Source: Candidatus Oleincola secundus (GTDB lineage Bacteria > Atribacterota > Phoenicimicrobiia > Phoenicimicrobiales > Stramentimicrobiaceae). Taken from it: DNA of 44,611 nucleotides. Below, piece by piece: positions 29,335 to 38,311 of this stretch. The notes under the pieces are model-generated. The model was not told where the DNA came from. It saw only the letters and a list, made by a program, of their open reading frames with translations, and searched no databases. Made by a program: the position numbers and the translations under genes. The number at the start of each line of letters is the position of its first letter. Within the stretch, counting starts at the first letter, position 1. The stretch lies in assembly GCA_018400815.1 (NCBI GenBank), contig JAGYLS010000007.1, positions 1-44,611 on the forward strand. The letters run 5' to 3'.

Positions 29335-29357
29335 AATCTACCTACCTTATCCCTTCA

Positions 29358-29849
29358 TTACTTATATAATTCTAAAACTTGATCAAGTTTTTTCGGCGTC
29401 ATTCTACCATGTACATCATTATCAATCATGATAACCGGAGCCAAGCCACATGCCCCCAAACATCGCTGAATTCCCAAAGAAAATCTTCGGTCTTCTGTAG
29501 TTTCACCTGGCTTAATGTCCAATGTCTTTTCAACTGCCTCCATTATCTTCTTGGCTCCCCTAACATAACAGGCTGTGCCCATGCAAACAGTTATAGTATG
29601 CCTGCCTACTGGGTTCATTCTAAAGAAAGAATAAAAAGTTACTACACCCATAACCATGCTTACCGGTATATTCATTTTTTCGGCTACAAATTCACGGACT
29701 TCAGCCGGTAAATAGCCAAAAATTTCCTGAGCTTTGTGTAATACCGGAATAAGAAATCCTTTTTTATCACTGTTATTTTTTATAAACTCTTTCAGTTTTT
29801 GATATTTTTCTTCCTGTGATAGTTCTTTTTCCTGAATCTTGGTTGTCAT
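29358..29849 (-). CDS. hydC: HydC/NuoE-like 2Fe-2S subunit
   Basis: 'LIPVLHKAQEIFGYLP', 'CMGTAC', 'CLGAC'. Confidence 0.92.
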   Translation of the reverse strand: MTTKIQEKELSQEEKYQKLKEFIKNNSDKKGFLIPVLHKAQEIFGYLPAEVREFVAEKMNIPVSMVMGVVTFYSFFRMNPVGRHTITVCMGTACYVRGAKKIMEAVEKTLDIKPGETTEDRRFSLGIQRCLGACGLAPVIMIDNDVHGRMTPKKLDQVLELYK

Positions 29850-29851
29850 AA

Positions 29852-30217
29852 TTATTCTCCCTTTGAAAATAAATATTTTTCAACGATATTCCCTTTTAAG
29901 ACATGTTGGTTAAAAATTTCTTCGGCAGCAGCAACATCAACATGACCATAGGTAACCGGTTCTTTATCTTTTTCCTGGACTTTAATCATAGGTTCCTGTT
30001 CACAAAAACCAGCACATCCGGTAGTAGAAATAACAATATCAGATCTGCCGCTTTGAGCACTTAAATCAGCTAACTTATTCATGGTCTGCCTCGCTCCAGC
30101 AGCGATACCACAGGTTCCCAGACATACAATTATCTTCACTCCAAAGTCTCCTGATCGCATATCAAGGTTTCTACGAACTCTCTCCCTTATCTGTTTTAAT
30201 TCCTCTAAATTCTTCAT
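29852..30217 (-). CDS. Thioredoxin-like (2Fe-2S) ferredoxin, HydD/HndB-like small subunit
   Basis: 'CLGTCGIAAGA', 'TGCAGFCEQEP', 'QHVLKG'. Confidence 0.9.
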   Translation of the reverse strand: MKNLEELKQIRERVRRNLDMRSGDFGVKIIVCLGTCGIAAGARQTMNKLADLSAQSGRSDIVISTTGCAGFCEQEPMIKVQEKDKEPVTYGHVDVAAAEEIFNQHVLKGNIVEKYLFSKGE

Positions 30218-30283
30218 TCCTGGTATCTATTCCTCCTTAACAATTTTTAATAAATAGTCTGTAATCTTAAGTAATGTGATTTT

Positions 30284-30838
30284 TTAGGAAACACCAAATT
30301 GCTGATTTATGCCAATTTTAAGTAATTCTTTTCTCAATTGCTCTTTAACAAAATTTAATATTTCTATATCCTGTAAAATATTGACATCTAAAAGTTCTTT
30401 TAATTCAATAGTATCTAATATTTTTTTCTCCTCCTTTGATTTAAGGACGATTATCTCAAAATCAATACCAGGCCAGCTACGAAGTACATCTGTAAACACA
30501 ACCGATATATCACCAAAAGGACGAGCATCAATATGCGTCATGTTTACGACAAATTCCAAACTGGTTCCTGCTCTTTTTCCCAGTTTAGACATTTTTAAAT
30601 AGCCACCTGTCCCTTCTGTAGTTGCTTTTAAAAGGGGTAAGCCCAAGCCTACTTTTCTAGTTTTTCTAGAAGTAACAAAAGGATCTGTTATATTTTCCAA
30701 ACTTGTAGCTATCCCATTATCGATAACACGGCATAAAAAAAGGTTTTTACAAAAGGAAAAAGTAACCATTATTTTATTAGCATGAGCATTGACTGAATTC
30801 TCTAAAATATCAAAAAGATGGTCTGCGATAGTTCTCAT
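30284..30838 (-). CDS. Stand-alone HATPase_c (histidine-kinase-like ATPase), hydrogenase-associated
   Basis: 'DILENSV.A.A', 'DNG', 'DPFVTSRKTRKVGLGLPL'. Confidence 0.88.
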   Translation of the reverse strand: MRTIADHLFDILENSVNAHANKIMVTFSFCKNLFLCRVIDNGIATSLENITDPFVTSRKTRKVGLGLPLLKATTEGTGGYLKMSKLGKRAGTSLEFVVNMTHIDARPFGDISVVFTDVLRSWPGIDFEIIVLKSKEEKKILDTIELKELLDVNILQDIEILNFVKEQLRKELLKIGINQQFGVS

Positions 30839-31553
30839 TTTTCCTCTCATGTAAATATTTTTTTAAAATATTGAAATTAATTAATTCATCACTGTTTGCT
30901 TCCAAATAGAATAAACCGATATCATCCGGGTTATGACTGTCAGAACCACAAATAACTGGGAATCCAGATAAGGTATCCCCAAATTGATATTTGTCTTTAT
31001 GCCACTTATATTTAGAGACCTCTACCGCATCAAAGGGGGCCTTTTCATCAAGAAAACCCAGCTGACTGTTTAGACTGAATCGATTTTTATCAATATGAGC
31101 CGGAATTGCTATGCCTTTCAGTCTATGTATCTCATCAACTAACTTCTCCAGGCTCATGTTTATAGCCGATTGTCTTAATCTATGGTCTAAATCGACAATC
31201 TCTCCTGTATTATCATATATCACCTGATGACCAAAAAATTCCGGTTTATTTTCCAAGTCTGGTAGTAATCTTTCAACTAATTCCCCTAATTTTAAAAGAG
31301 CCGTTATGTCATCAAAATAAGCTAGCATATGTACTTCTTCTCGACTGGTTAATTCAACACCAGGAAGAATTTTTATGTCCTCTTTTTTGCTTATTTGGCA
31401 GGCTAAAAGAGAATGCTTTATTGCATTGTGATCAGCAATAGAAATAAGTTTTAACCCGCTTTTCATTGCCTCTTTTATAATAAAAGAAGGGGACATCTCA
31501 TCAGCCCCGCATGCCGAAAGAGAAGAATGAATATGTAAATCAATCTTTATCAG
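30810..31553 (-). CDS. PHP-domain phosphoesterase, inferred CTG start
   Basis: 'DLHIHS' lies upstream of the first ATG (31496); 'ADHN', 'GVE', 'PAHID', 'GSDSH'. Confidence 0.85.
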   Translation of the reverse strand: MIKIDLHIHSSLSACGADEMSPSFIIKEAMKSGLKLISIADHNAIKHSLLACQISKKEDIKILPGVELTSREEVHMLAYFDDITALLKLGELVERLLPDLENKPEFFGHQVIYDNTGEIVDLDHRLRQSAINMSLEKLVDEIHRLKGIAIPAHIDKNRFSLNSQLGFLDEKAPFDAVEVSKYKWHKDKYQFGDTLSGFPVICGSDSHNPDDIGLFYLEANSDELINFNILKKYLHERKNENYRRPSF

Positions 31554-31884
31554 AATTGCCCTCCAAAAGTTGGTATATCATACCGGAAATATAAAAAGAG
31601 TTCTTCTCACTTCTCAATAGATTGATTTTTTCTTCCCTGGCTTTCTCAATTAGATCCTGATTTATTTCTACATTATTTGAAAACACTATTGCCTTTATAT
31701 CCTTAATCAAAGCGACTGCAATACTGTTCTTATGAGCCTGAATAGTAATCCAGATACTACTGCTATCTGCATTGGCAATAACATCTGACATCAGATCTCC
31801 ACAATAACCTGTTTCTATCTCATCGTCTGAACAAAACACTACTTTTTGTAAAGAACATTTGTCGGCAATTTGTTTTAATCTCAT
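31540..31884 (-). CDS. DRTGG-domain protein
   Basis: 'GYCGDLMSDVIA', 'WITIQAH.N.IAVA'. Confidence 0.88.
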   Translation of the reverse strand: MRLKQIADKCSLQKVVFCSDDEIETGYCGDLMSDVIANADSSSIWITIQAHKNSIAVALIKDIKAIVFSNNVEINQDLIEKAREEKINLLRSEKNSFYISGMIYQLLEGNSDKD

Positions 31885-31886
31885 CT

Positions 31887-32819
31887 TTACCCCCCTAAAT
31901 AAATAGTAGCCTTTAATATCGTACCGGTCTCCATAGAAGATTCCAGATCTAGATGGTCAGCACACTTTTTAATATTTGGCAAACCCATACCTGCACCAAA
32001 TCCCAAAGCCCTGATTTGTTCGGAGGCAGTGGTGAAACCAGGTTTCATTGCCTCTTCTACGTCCGGAATACCGGGGCCATAATCAATTGCTGTAATCATA
32101 ATATTCGATTCATCTACTTCAACAGTAATATATCCACCCAAAGAGTGTATATTAATGTTCATCTCTGCTTCGTAGCAAATAATTGCTACTCTTCGGAGGA
32201 TTTGTTTGTCAATATTTAATTTTTGAAGGTACTTTCGAATGATACTAGCTACTCTGCCTGCATTATCAAAATCTGCCTTTTTAACTTCGAAACGTAAATG
32301 TTTCTTATGGGCTTGTTTAATCATTTTTTCTGATAACCGGGTATTTTGGGCTTCCTTTTTCTCAACTTTCTCGGCAATGGTTTGAATACTTACCAATAAA
32401 CAATTCAAAATATCACCCATTGTTAAAATACCTATAATTTCATTAGAACGAGCATTCTTTGTTACTGGTAATCGTCCAAACTTATAATGTTCAAATTTTT
32501 TAATAGCTGAGACCAGGGAATAATTTTGAGGTATTGTTATTACCTGCCTGGTCATGTAATTTTTTACTTTATTATTTATATAATCTTTATCAAACGCAGT
32601 AATTACATTATCTATGCTGACTATGCCAACGATATTTTTCGTTTTATCCAGGATGGGAACCCCAGATATCCTATTTTTTTTTAATGATGATTGTATTTCC
32701 CGAAAAGTTGCATCCTGACTAAAAAAAATAAGTTTTCTAGTCATGGCGTCTTTGACTTTTATTTCATAAATCAGCTCATTGGCTAATGTTAATTTTTCTC
32801 TGGAATGTAATACTGTCAT
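31887..32819 (-). CDS. CBS-pair fused to an RsbT/RsbW-like Ser/Thr kinase (HATPase) domain
   Basis: Two CBS domains ('RISGVPI', 'FGRLPV'), then 'DFDNAG', 'YEAEMN..IH..GG', 'D.GPGIPD..AM.PGFTTA', 'GFGAGMGLPN'. Confidence 0.9.
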   Translation of the reverse strand: MTVLHSREKLTLANELIYEIKVKDAMTRKLIFFSQDATFREIQSSLKKNRISGVPILDKTKNIVGIVSIDNVITAFDKDYINNKVKNYMTRQVITIPQNYSLVSAIKKFEHYKFGRLPVTKNARSNEIIGILTMGDILNCLLVSIQTIAEKVEKKEAQNTRLSEKMIKQAHKKHLRFEVKKADFDNAGRVASIIRKYLQKLNIDKQILRRVAIICYEAEMNINIHSLGGYITVEVDESNIMITAIDYGPGIPDVEEAMKPGFTTASEQIRALGFGAGMGLPNIKKCADHLDLESSMETGTILKATIYLGG

Positions 32820-33163
32820 AATTTTTCTTGTTTATTTTTTTCCTCTACAATTTTACAGCAAGCATCGAATGTTGATTTAGAAGTCATTAGAAGGGGAATA
32901 TGATGTGATCGGGCTAATCCAATGGCTTCTTGTTCGGGGGCTTTACCTCTAACAAAAACAACCCCTATCCCTCCCGCGATTTCCGCGGTCCTGACTACCT
33001 GTTGAGAAGTTAAACTGGTTAGTAATAAAAAATTATCTTTACTTAGAGCAAGAACATCACTCAATAAGTCACTAGCTGCAAATTCTTCGATTTCCTGATC
33101 GAGATAACTTTCTCCTGTTAACACTTCAGCATCTAAAATCGCCACTATGTCTCTGATTTTCAT
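32816..33163 (-). CDS. DRTGG-domain protein
   Basis: 'ASDLLSDVL', 'QVVRTAE', 'FVRGK.P'; start placed at ATG 33163. Confidence 0.88.
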   Translation of the reverse strand: MKIRDIVAILDAEVLTGESYLDQEIEEFAASDLLSDVLALSKDNFLLLTSLTSQQVVRTAEIAGGIGVVFVRGKAPEQEAIGLARSHHIPLLMTSKSTFDACCKIVEEKNKQEKL

Positions 33164-33244
33164 CGCAAACCCCTGATTTGGAATAATTATTAGCAAGCAG
33201 TAATTATTTATTCCATTATCTATTTTGAAAATATAGTTAATATA

Positions 33245-33262
33245 TTGTGAAAAATATCACAA
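33245..33262. promoter_or_regulatory. Rex operator
   Basis: TTGTGAAAAATATCACAA against consensus TTGTGAA-N4-TTCACAA; adjacent to rex and upstream of the hydrogenase operon. Confidence 0.88.
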
Positions 33263-33275
33263 GCTACACCAAGAA

Positions 33276-33305
33276 ATTCTAACACATACCCAACTCCGAT
33301 GTCAA
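33276..33305 (-). promoter_or_regulatory. sigma70-type promoter of the [FeFe]-hydrogenase operon
   Basis: TTGACA (33305-33300), 18 bp spacer, TAGAAT (33281-33276) with extended -10 TGt. Confidence 0.72.
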
Positions 33306-33354
33306 CTATATCTTAAATACTTACACTTACATAGCTGGGAATTTGTGCAATATT

Positions 33355-34032
33355 TTAATCATTAATCTTGGGTCCGGAGGATAAAAAATAAACCAATCTT
33401 TCCAGTTCAACGGAAATATCTATTGTATTTACCTTTACATAATGGGGGTATTTGAGAGTAATGGGAGCAAAATTTAAAATAGACTTAACTCCCCCAGCAA
33501 CCATACAATCAACAACCTCTTGTGCAGAGGAAACAGGAACAGTTATAATGCCTACTTTTATATTTTTTTTCTTAATATAATTTTCCATATATTTTACATT
33601 CATAATCTTAATATCATTTACCATTTTTCCAATTTTAGATATGTCACTATCAAATACAGCTTTAATTCTAAAACCTCGCTTTTGGAAGCCTTTATAACGA
33701 AGCAATGCTTCCCCTAGGCTTCCTGCACCTACTATAATAATATCCCACTTTCTGCTTGATCCTAATATATACCCTAAGGTATTTATAAGATCTTGAACGG
33801 GATAACCAATTCCTCTTCTCCCGAATTTTCCAAAATATGCTAAATCTTTACGGATTTGATTAGAATTAATACCTGTTATCTCTGAAATTTCCGATGATGA
33901 AATTGTTTTAAATTTTCTACCCTTTTCTGTTTCGGCAAACAATTCCAAACATCTATGGCAAATAGATAAACGATGAATAGTAGCTTGTGGAATGTTTTTC
34001 TTGTTATTATTAATTGTATGATATCCTTTCAT
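33355..34032 (-). CDS. rex: Redox-sensing transcriptional repressor Rex
   Basis: 'IPQATIHRL', 'ISS.E', 'QIRKDLAYFG.FG.RG.GY', 'VGAG.LG.AL', 'ILNFAP'. Confidence 0.96.
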   Translation of the reverse strand: MKGYHTINNNKKNIPQATIHRLSICHRCLELFAETEKGRKFKTISSSEISEITGINSNQIRKDLAYFGKFGRRGIGYPVQDLINTLGYILGSSRKWDIIIVGAGSLGEALLRYKGFQKRGFRIKAVFDSDISKIGKMVNDIKIMNVKYMENYIKKKNIKVGIITVPVSSAQEVVDCMVAGGVKSILNFAPITLKYPHYVKVNTIDISVELERLVYFLSSGPKIND

Positions 34033-34135
34033 TTGAAATAATTTTTTATCGAAATTAATAAAATTAAGCCAATCAATTAATCATTATTTTGATATAAAAA
34101 TATGACTATAATTTTGCATCAGTTATTTATTTAAA

Positions 34136-34801
34136 TTATCTTTGGGTCACCCAAATTTCATAACCAATATTTTTTAATTCTTGTGATGCTTCCTTAGCCT
34201 GTTCTTCTCGTTGGTAAGCTCCCACTTGAACCTTATATGCACCATCGTGTATTACTACATATGTTTGAAATCCATAATTTTCAATTTCTTCTGCCAAACC
34301 CCTGGCATTGTTTTCAACAGAAAAATAACCTACCTGAACAGTATATACCATAGTAGATTCGTTTGATTCCGTTTCTTCAGTATAGGTTTGTTCTGGTTCT
34401 TTTTCTTCGGCGACCACCTGATTTTCTATAATGTTACTCTCTCTTTCTAAAGACTGCTCCGTTGACTGAACTGGCACCTCTGCTTCAGCATCCCTTCCTT
34501 GTTCTTGTGCAGGACTGACTTCGGGTTGCTTCAACGCTACCTGCTCATCTGAACCTACCTGGGCAGGAGTACTTTGACTTAAGAATTCATCTATGGTTTC
34601 TTGATCGGCTTCACTTTTCTGCACGGTTTCTTCTTCAAAATTATCTTGTTCTTCAATTGTTATTTCATCGGGAGGTAAATAACTTTTTTCTTTTGCCATG
34701 TAAAAAGCAACGGATAAGATAATAATTGCACCAACCAAAATAATTAAAGTTTCCAGGTTGCTTCTGGACTTTCGTTTATAAATCCGCCTTGACCGTCTCA
34801 A
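34136..34801 (-). CDS. SPOR-domain (FtsN-like) membrane-anchored protein
   Basis: Basic N-terminus, one TM, acidic linker, C-terminal 'YTVQVGYFS..NA', 'YKVQVGAY'. Confidence 0.88.
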   Translation of the reverse strand: MRRSRRIYKRKSRSNLETLIILVGAIIILSVAFYMAKEKSYLPPDEITIEEQDNFEEETVQKSEADQETIDEFLSQSTPAQVGSDEQVALKQPEVSPAQEQGRDAEAEVPVQSTEQSLERESNIIENQVVAEEKEPEQTYTEETESNESTMVYTVQVGYFSVENNARGLAEEIENYGFQTYVVIHDGAYKVQVGAYQREEQAKEASQELKNIGYEIWVTQR

Positions 34802-35094
34802 AAATACATACCCCCTTTAAATCATGATAATAATTCTAAATGATTTCTTAAAATTATTATGCTGCTAATACTTTTTTAGCAATATATTTTTTCAGAACAA
34901 TTCTGTAAAATAGTATAGTATTACTAATTTCTTATTTCTAAAAATAGAATTAAATTAAATATCCTTTTATAATATTACAATTCTTTATAGTTTCCTGCAA
35001 ATTTTTATACTAATTTACAAAAAAATATTTTATATTTTTTCTATTCATTTTTGTGTTATGATATTTTATAATTCTTAAAAAGGAAATTCATTTT

Positions 35095-35547
35095 ATGACA
35101 AAACAACCTAAAAATATTTTACTGGGTACAGGAAACCCTTTAAGAAGCGATGATGGAGCAGGTTCCTTTATTGCACAAAACTTTCAACACTGCTCTTGGA
35201 TTAGTCTGGATGGGAAATCTGCACCCGAAAATTATACCTCATCAATTAAGAAAATTCATCCGCAACTACTTGTCATAATTGATATTGCCTGGATGAACCT
35301 TGAAGCAGGAAATTTCCGAATAATTCCCTATGATAAAATCGTTTCTCTTCAACTATCCACCCATTCAATGCCGCTTCATTTTCTAATAGAATACCTAGCG
35401 CCATATTGTCAAAAAGTTATATTAATCGGAATTCAGCCTCTCTCTACTAAACTAGGTGAGAATTTGAGCAAAACGGTATTAAAAAGTTGTTACATAATAA
35501 TCAGATTGTTAAAAGAAAATCGCTTAGAAGAAATCAAACAACTCTAG
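35095..35547 (+). CDS. hycI: Hydrogenase maturation endopeptidase, HycI-like
   Basis: 'LGTGNPLRSDDGAG', 'APEN', 'STHSMPL', 'IGIQP'. Confidence 0.92.
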   Translation: MTKQPKNILLGTGNPLRSDDGAGSFIAQNFQHCSWISLDGKSAPENYTSSIKKIHPQLLVIIDIAWMNLEAGNFRIIPYDKIVSLQLSTHSMPLHFLIEYLAPYCQKVILIGIQPLSTKLGENLSKTVLKSCYIIIRLLKENRLEEIKQL

Positions 35548-35566
35548 TAAAATTAACTTCTAAAAA

Positions 35567-35598
35567 ATGAATACCACGTTTTTTAACGTGGTATTCAT
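35567..35598. terminator. Probable bidirectional terminator between convergent hycI and mbhN
   Basis: Perfect 14-bp inverted repeat ATGAATACCACGTT-TTTT-AACGTGGTATTCAT; U tract on the minus strand. Confidence 0.75.
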
Positions 35599-35649
35599 CA
35601 AAAATACTTATCTATTTAAAAAATATTTTTATATTTTATATTAAATGTC

Positions 35650-36066
35650 TTATTCAACAATCATTTCTGAGTCAAAACGATCTTCATTTGCCAGAAGAAA
35701 GTTTTCAGACATATGCAAACAATTTACCGGACATACATCATTACATTGCGAGCAAAAGATACAACGGTCAATTCTTATTTTTATTTTCTTCTCTTCAGGA
35801 AGAAATTGTATTGCACGTGAAGGACAAACTCTGACACAAAGCTTGCAACCAATGCATTTTTCTCGCTCATAGATAATTTTTCCTCTAAATTTTTCTGGTA
35901 TTTCTACCGGTGAATTAATTTTAACCTCACCATCCTGAACCTTTTTCATAAGTTCTGTAACTGTAGTTTTATCAGGATAATATTTTACAGGAAAACAATT
36001 AGTTGCCGGTTTATGAAATAACTGCCTGATTAATTCAAATCCCATTGGAGTTGGCATACTTTTCAC
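35650..36066 (-). CDS. mbhN: Mbh subunit N (2x[4Fe-4S], NuoI-like)
   Basis: 'KPATN.FP', 'CIGCKLCVRVCP', 'CIFCSQCNDVCP'. Confidence 0.9.
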   Translation of the reverse strand: MKSMPTPMGFELIRQLFHKPATNCFPVKYYPDKTTVTELMKKVQDGEVKINSPVEIPEKFRGKIIYEREKCIGCKLCVRVCPSRAIQFLPEEKKIKIRIDRCIFCSQCNDVCPVNCLHMSENFLLANEDRFDSEMIVE

Positions 36067-36072
36067 CTCGTA

Positions 36073-37080
36073 CTATATTATATAATCAATAGCTATTAAC
36101 AACAAGCCCATCAAGCCAATTGTAGAGAGAAATATCAAGTAGCTTACGGAGGCTTGATTTATTTTTAAACGAGCTACTGCAACCCGAATAAATGTTGCCT
36201 CAAAAAATATTACAACAAACAATTTTACAAAAAAGAATAGTATATCGATAATTGTGGCCAGAAAACCACTAACGGAAAATAACTGGGCAATATTATAAGG
36301 AAAAAATAGAACAACTGTCAAAGAAGCCATTACAACCATTTTAACGGCATTGGCTAATTCAAACAAGGCCAAATTACGACCGGAATATTCCACCAGTATA
36401 CCACCCGCCAGCTCTGTTTCCGCTTCTGGAATATCAAAAGGAACAATAGATAATTCTGCCGGAGTTACAATGGCAAGGGTAAACAGTAAAAAGAAAGCCC
36501 CTATAAAGCCTAATGGTCCAACTATATTCCAAATAGGATTAGCACTCAATATTTCTAAGGAAAACACATTTATTCCAGGATAGGCCAGGCTCAATCGCCA
36601 TCCTAATGCAATAATGGTCGTTACTAAAGGTAGTTCATAACTCATCATCATGACCATCTCTCTTTGAGCACCGATGCTGGCATAAGTTGATCCAGATGAA
36701 AAACCTCCAGCTACCAAAGCAATAGCAGGTAAGGCTAAAAGATAAGCAATCAATATCAAATCACCCGAGTCTCCCAGTAAAGCAGGTATGGAGGCAAAGG
36801 GAATATAATATAAAATAGTAACCGTTGAAACAAGGGCAAGAACTGGTGCACCATTAAAAACCCATGGCACAGCATTCTCCGGGACAATATTTTCCTTTAC
36901 CATTAGTTTAAAAAAATCAAGAAAAGGTTGTCGAATGGGAGGCCCTACTCGAGATTGCATTAATGCTGCCAATTTTCGGTCAACACCCTTGTAAAATAGC
37001 CCGATAATTACTCCCAGGACAGCTATGACTAACGCACCAACAATTTTAAGAAGAAAAATCAACATACCGCTTCCACTCAT
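36073..37080 (-). CDS. mbhM: Mbh subunit M (NuoH-like)
   Basis: 'DRKL.A.MQSRVGPP..QP..D..KL', 'PFDIPEAETEL..G...EYSG'. Confidence 0.92.
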   Translation of the reverse strand: MSGSGMLIFLLKIVGALVIAVLGVIIGLFYKGVDRKLAALMQSRVGPPIRQPFLDFFKLMVKENIVPENAVPWVFNGAPVLALVSTVTILYYIPFASIPALLGDSGDLILIAYLLALPAIALVAGGFSSGSTYASIGAQREMVMMMSYELPLVTTIIALGWRLSLAYPGINVFSLEILSANPIWNIVGPLGFIGAFFLLFTLAIVTPAELSIVPFDIPEAETELAGGILVEYSGRNLALFELANAVKMVVMASLTVVLFFPYNIAQLFSVSGFLATIIDILFFFVKLFVVIFFEATFIRVAVARLKINQASVSYLIFLSTIGLMGLLLIAIDYII

Positions 37081-38300
37081 TGCATCATCCTCCTGGTTTT
37101 TTCAATACTTAATTTTCTCAATTCTTCTCTTGTTAATACCTGTTTCTGATAAGTGTTTGCATCAACAAGAGTAGCTCTATCCATACATCCTATGCAGGGA
37201 TCAATTGAAGCAACGACAATGGGTATATCGGCAACTTCCTGATTTTGCAGCATAGGTACCCAGGACATTAGATTATTATAAGTAGGAGCCCTGGCTTTCC
37301 AGACTTCTGGGCTTTCTCCTTCACCCAGTTTTACATAATGGATAACTTCACCCCGGGGAGCTTCATGTCTGCCAACACCTTCACCTTCGGCTTTCTTTAA
37401 TATACCCAACAACTTGGCAATTTTTTTCTCAGATAATATTTCTCCATCAGGCAAATGGTTTAAACAATATTCTATAATTTCAACAGATTGCTTGACTTCC
37501 AGAACTCTAACAATAATCCTGTCATAAACATCACCATTAACTTTTCCTGAAAACATGTCAGGAGTAATAGCCTTGATATCCATATCTGCATAAGCAGAAT
37601 ATGGTTGATCTTGTCTAACATCCTTCTTAACGCCTGAAGCTCTTGCTGTTGGACCTACGCTAGCTAAATTCAAGGCCTCTTCATAGGTCAAAACGCCAAC
37701 ATTTTTGGTTCTTATGGCAATGCTCGGGTCCTGTAAAAAAACATCTTCTAATTTTTGATAGGCTTCCTTGTAATATTCTATTGTTTTTTCGATACGTGGA
37801 ATTTGCTCTTTAGAAATATCCCTTCTTACTCCACCAATCATAAACATTCCATAATTAACCCGGTTCCCGGTTAATATTTCCAATATATCCATGACTTCTT
37901 CACGTACCTTCCAGGAAAGATACAATACCGAGTCAAAACCTAGCTCATGAGCAGCAACTCCTGCCCAAAGAATATGTGAATGAATGCGCTCTAATTCTGC
38001 TATAATGACCCGTATATATTCTGCTCTGGGTGGAACGCTGATTCCAGCTGCATTTTCGACAGCCCGGCAAAAGGCGAAAGGATGAGAAGCAGAACAAATA
38101 CCACAAATTCTTTCTGCAAGATAGATAATCTGAATTATATTTCTATTTCTACCCATAAATTCGATGCCCCTATGATTGTCTCCGGGCGCCAAATCAATTG
38201 ATTTAATCTTTTCCCCAGAGATCTCAAAATTAAAAGTCATAGGTTCCTCTAATGATGGATGAATGGGACCAATAGGAACTTTATATGTTGATTTACTCAC
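37077..38300 (-). CDS. mbhL: Mbh [NiFe]-hydrogenase large subunit (group 4)
   Basis: L1 'ERICGIC' and L2 'DPCIGCMDR' (all four Cys present) plus a cleavable C-terminal extension. Confidence 0.95.
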   Translation of the reverse strand: MSKSTYKVPIGPIHPSLEEPMTFNFEISGEKIKSIDLAPGDNHRGIEFMGRNRNIIQIIYLAERICGICSASHPFAFCRAVENAAGISVPPRAEYIRVIIAELERIHSHILWAGVAAHELGFDSVLYLSWKVREEVMDILEILTGNRVNYGMFMIGGVRRDISKEQIPRIEKTIEYYKEAYQKLEDVFLQDPSIAIRTKNVGVLTYEEALNLASVGPTARASGVKKDVRQDQPYSAYADMDIKAITPDMFSGKVNGDVYDRIIVRVLEVKQSVEIIEYCLNHLPDGEILSEKKIAKLLGILKKAEGEGVGRHEAPRGEVIHYVKLGEGESPEVWKARAPTYNNLMSWVPMLQNQEVADIPIVVASIDPCIGCMDRATLVDANTYQKQVLTREELRKLSIEKTRRMMQ

Positions 38301-38311
38301 TTTTTGTCACC

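Noticed and set aside
37077..38300. Mbx/Mbs sulfane reductase or complex I instead of a hydrogenase
   Set aside because: Both CxxC nickel-binding motifs are complete, and hyp genes and a maturation protease are present.
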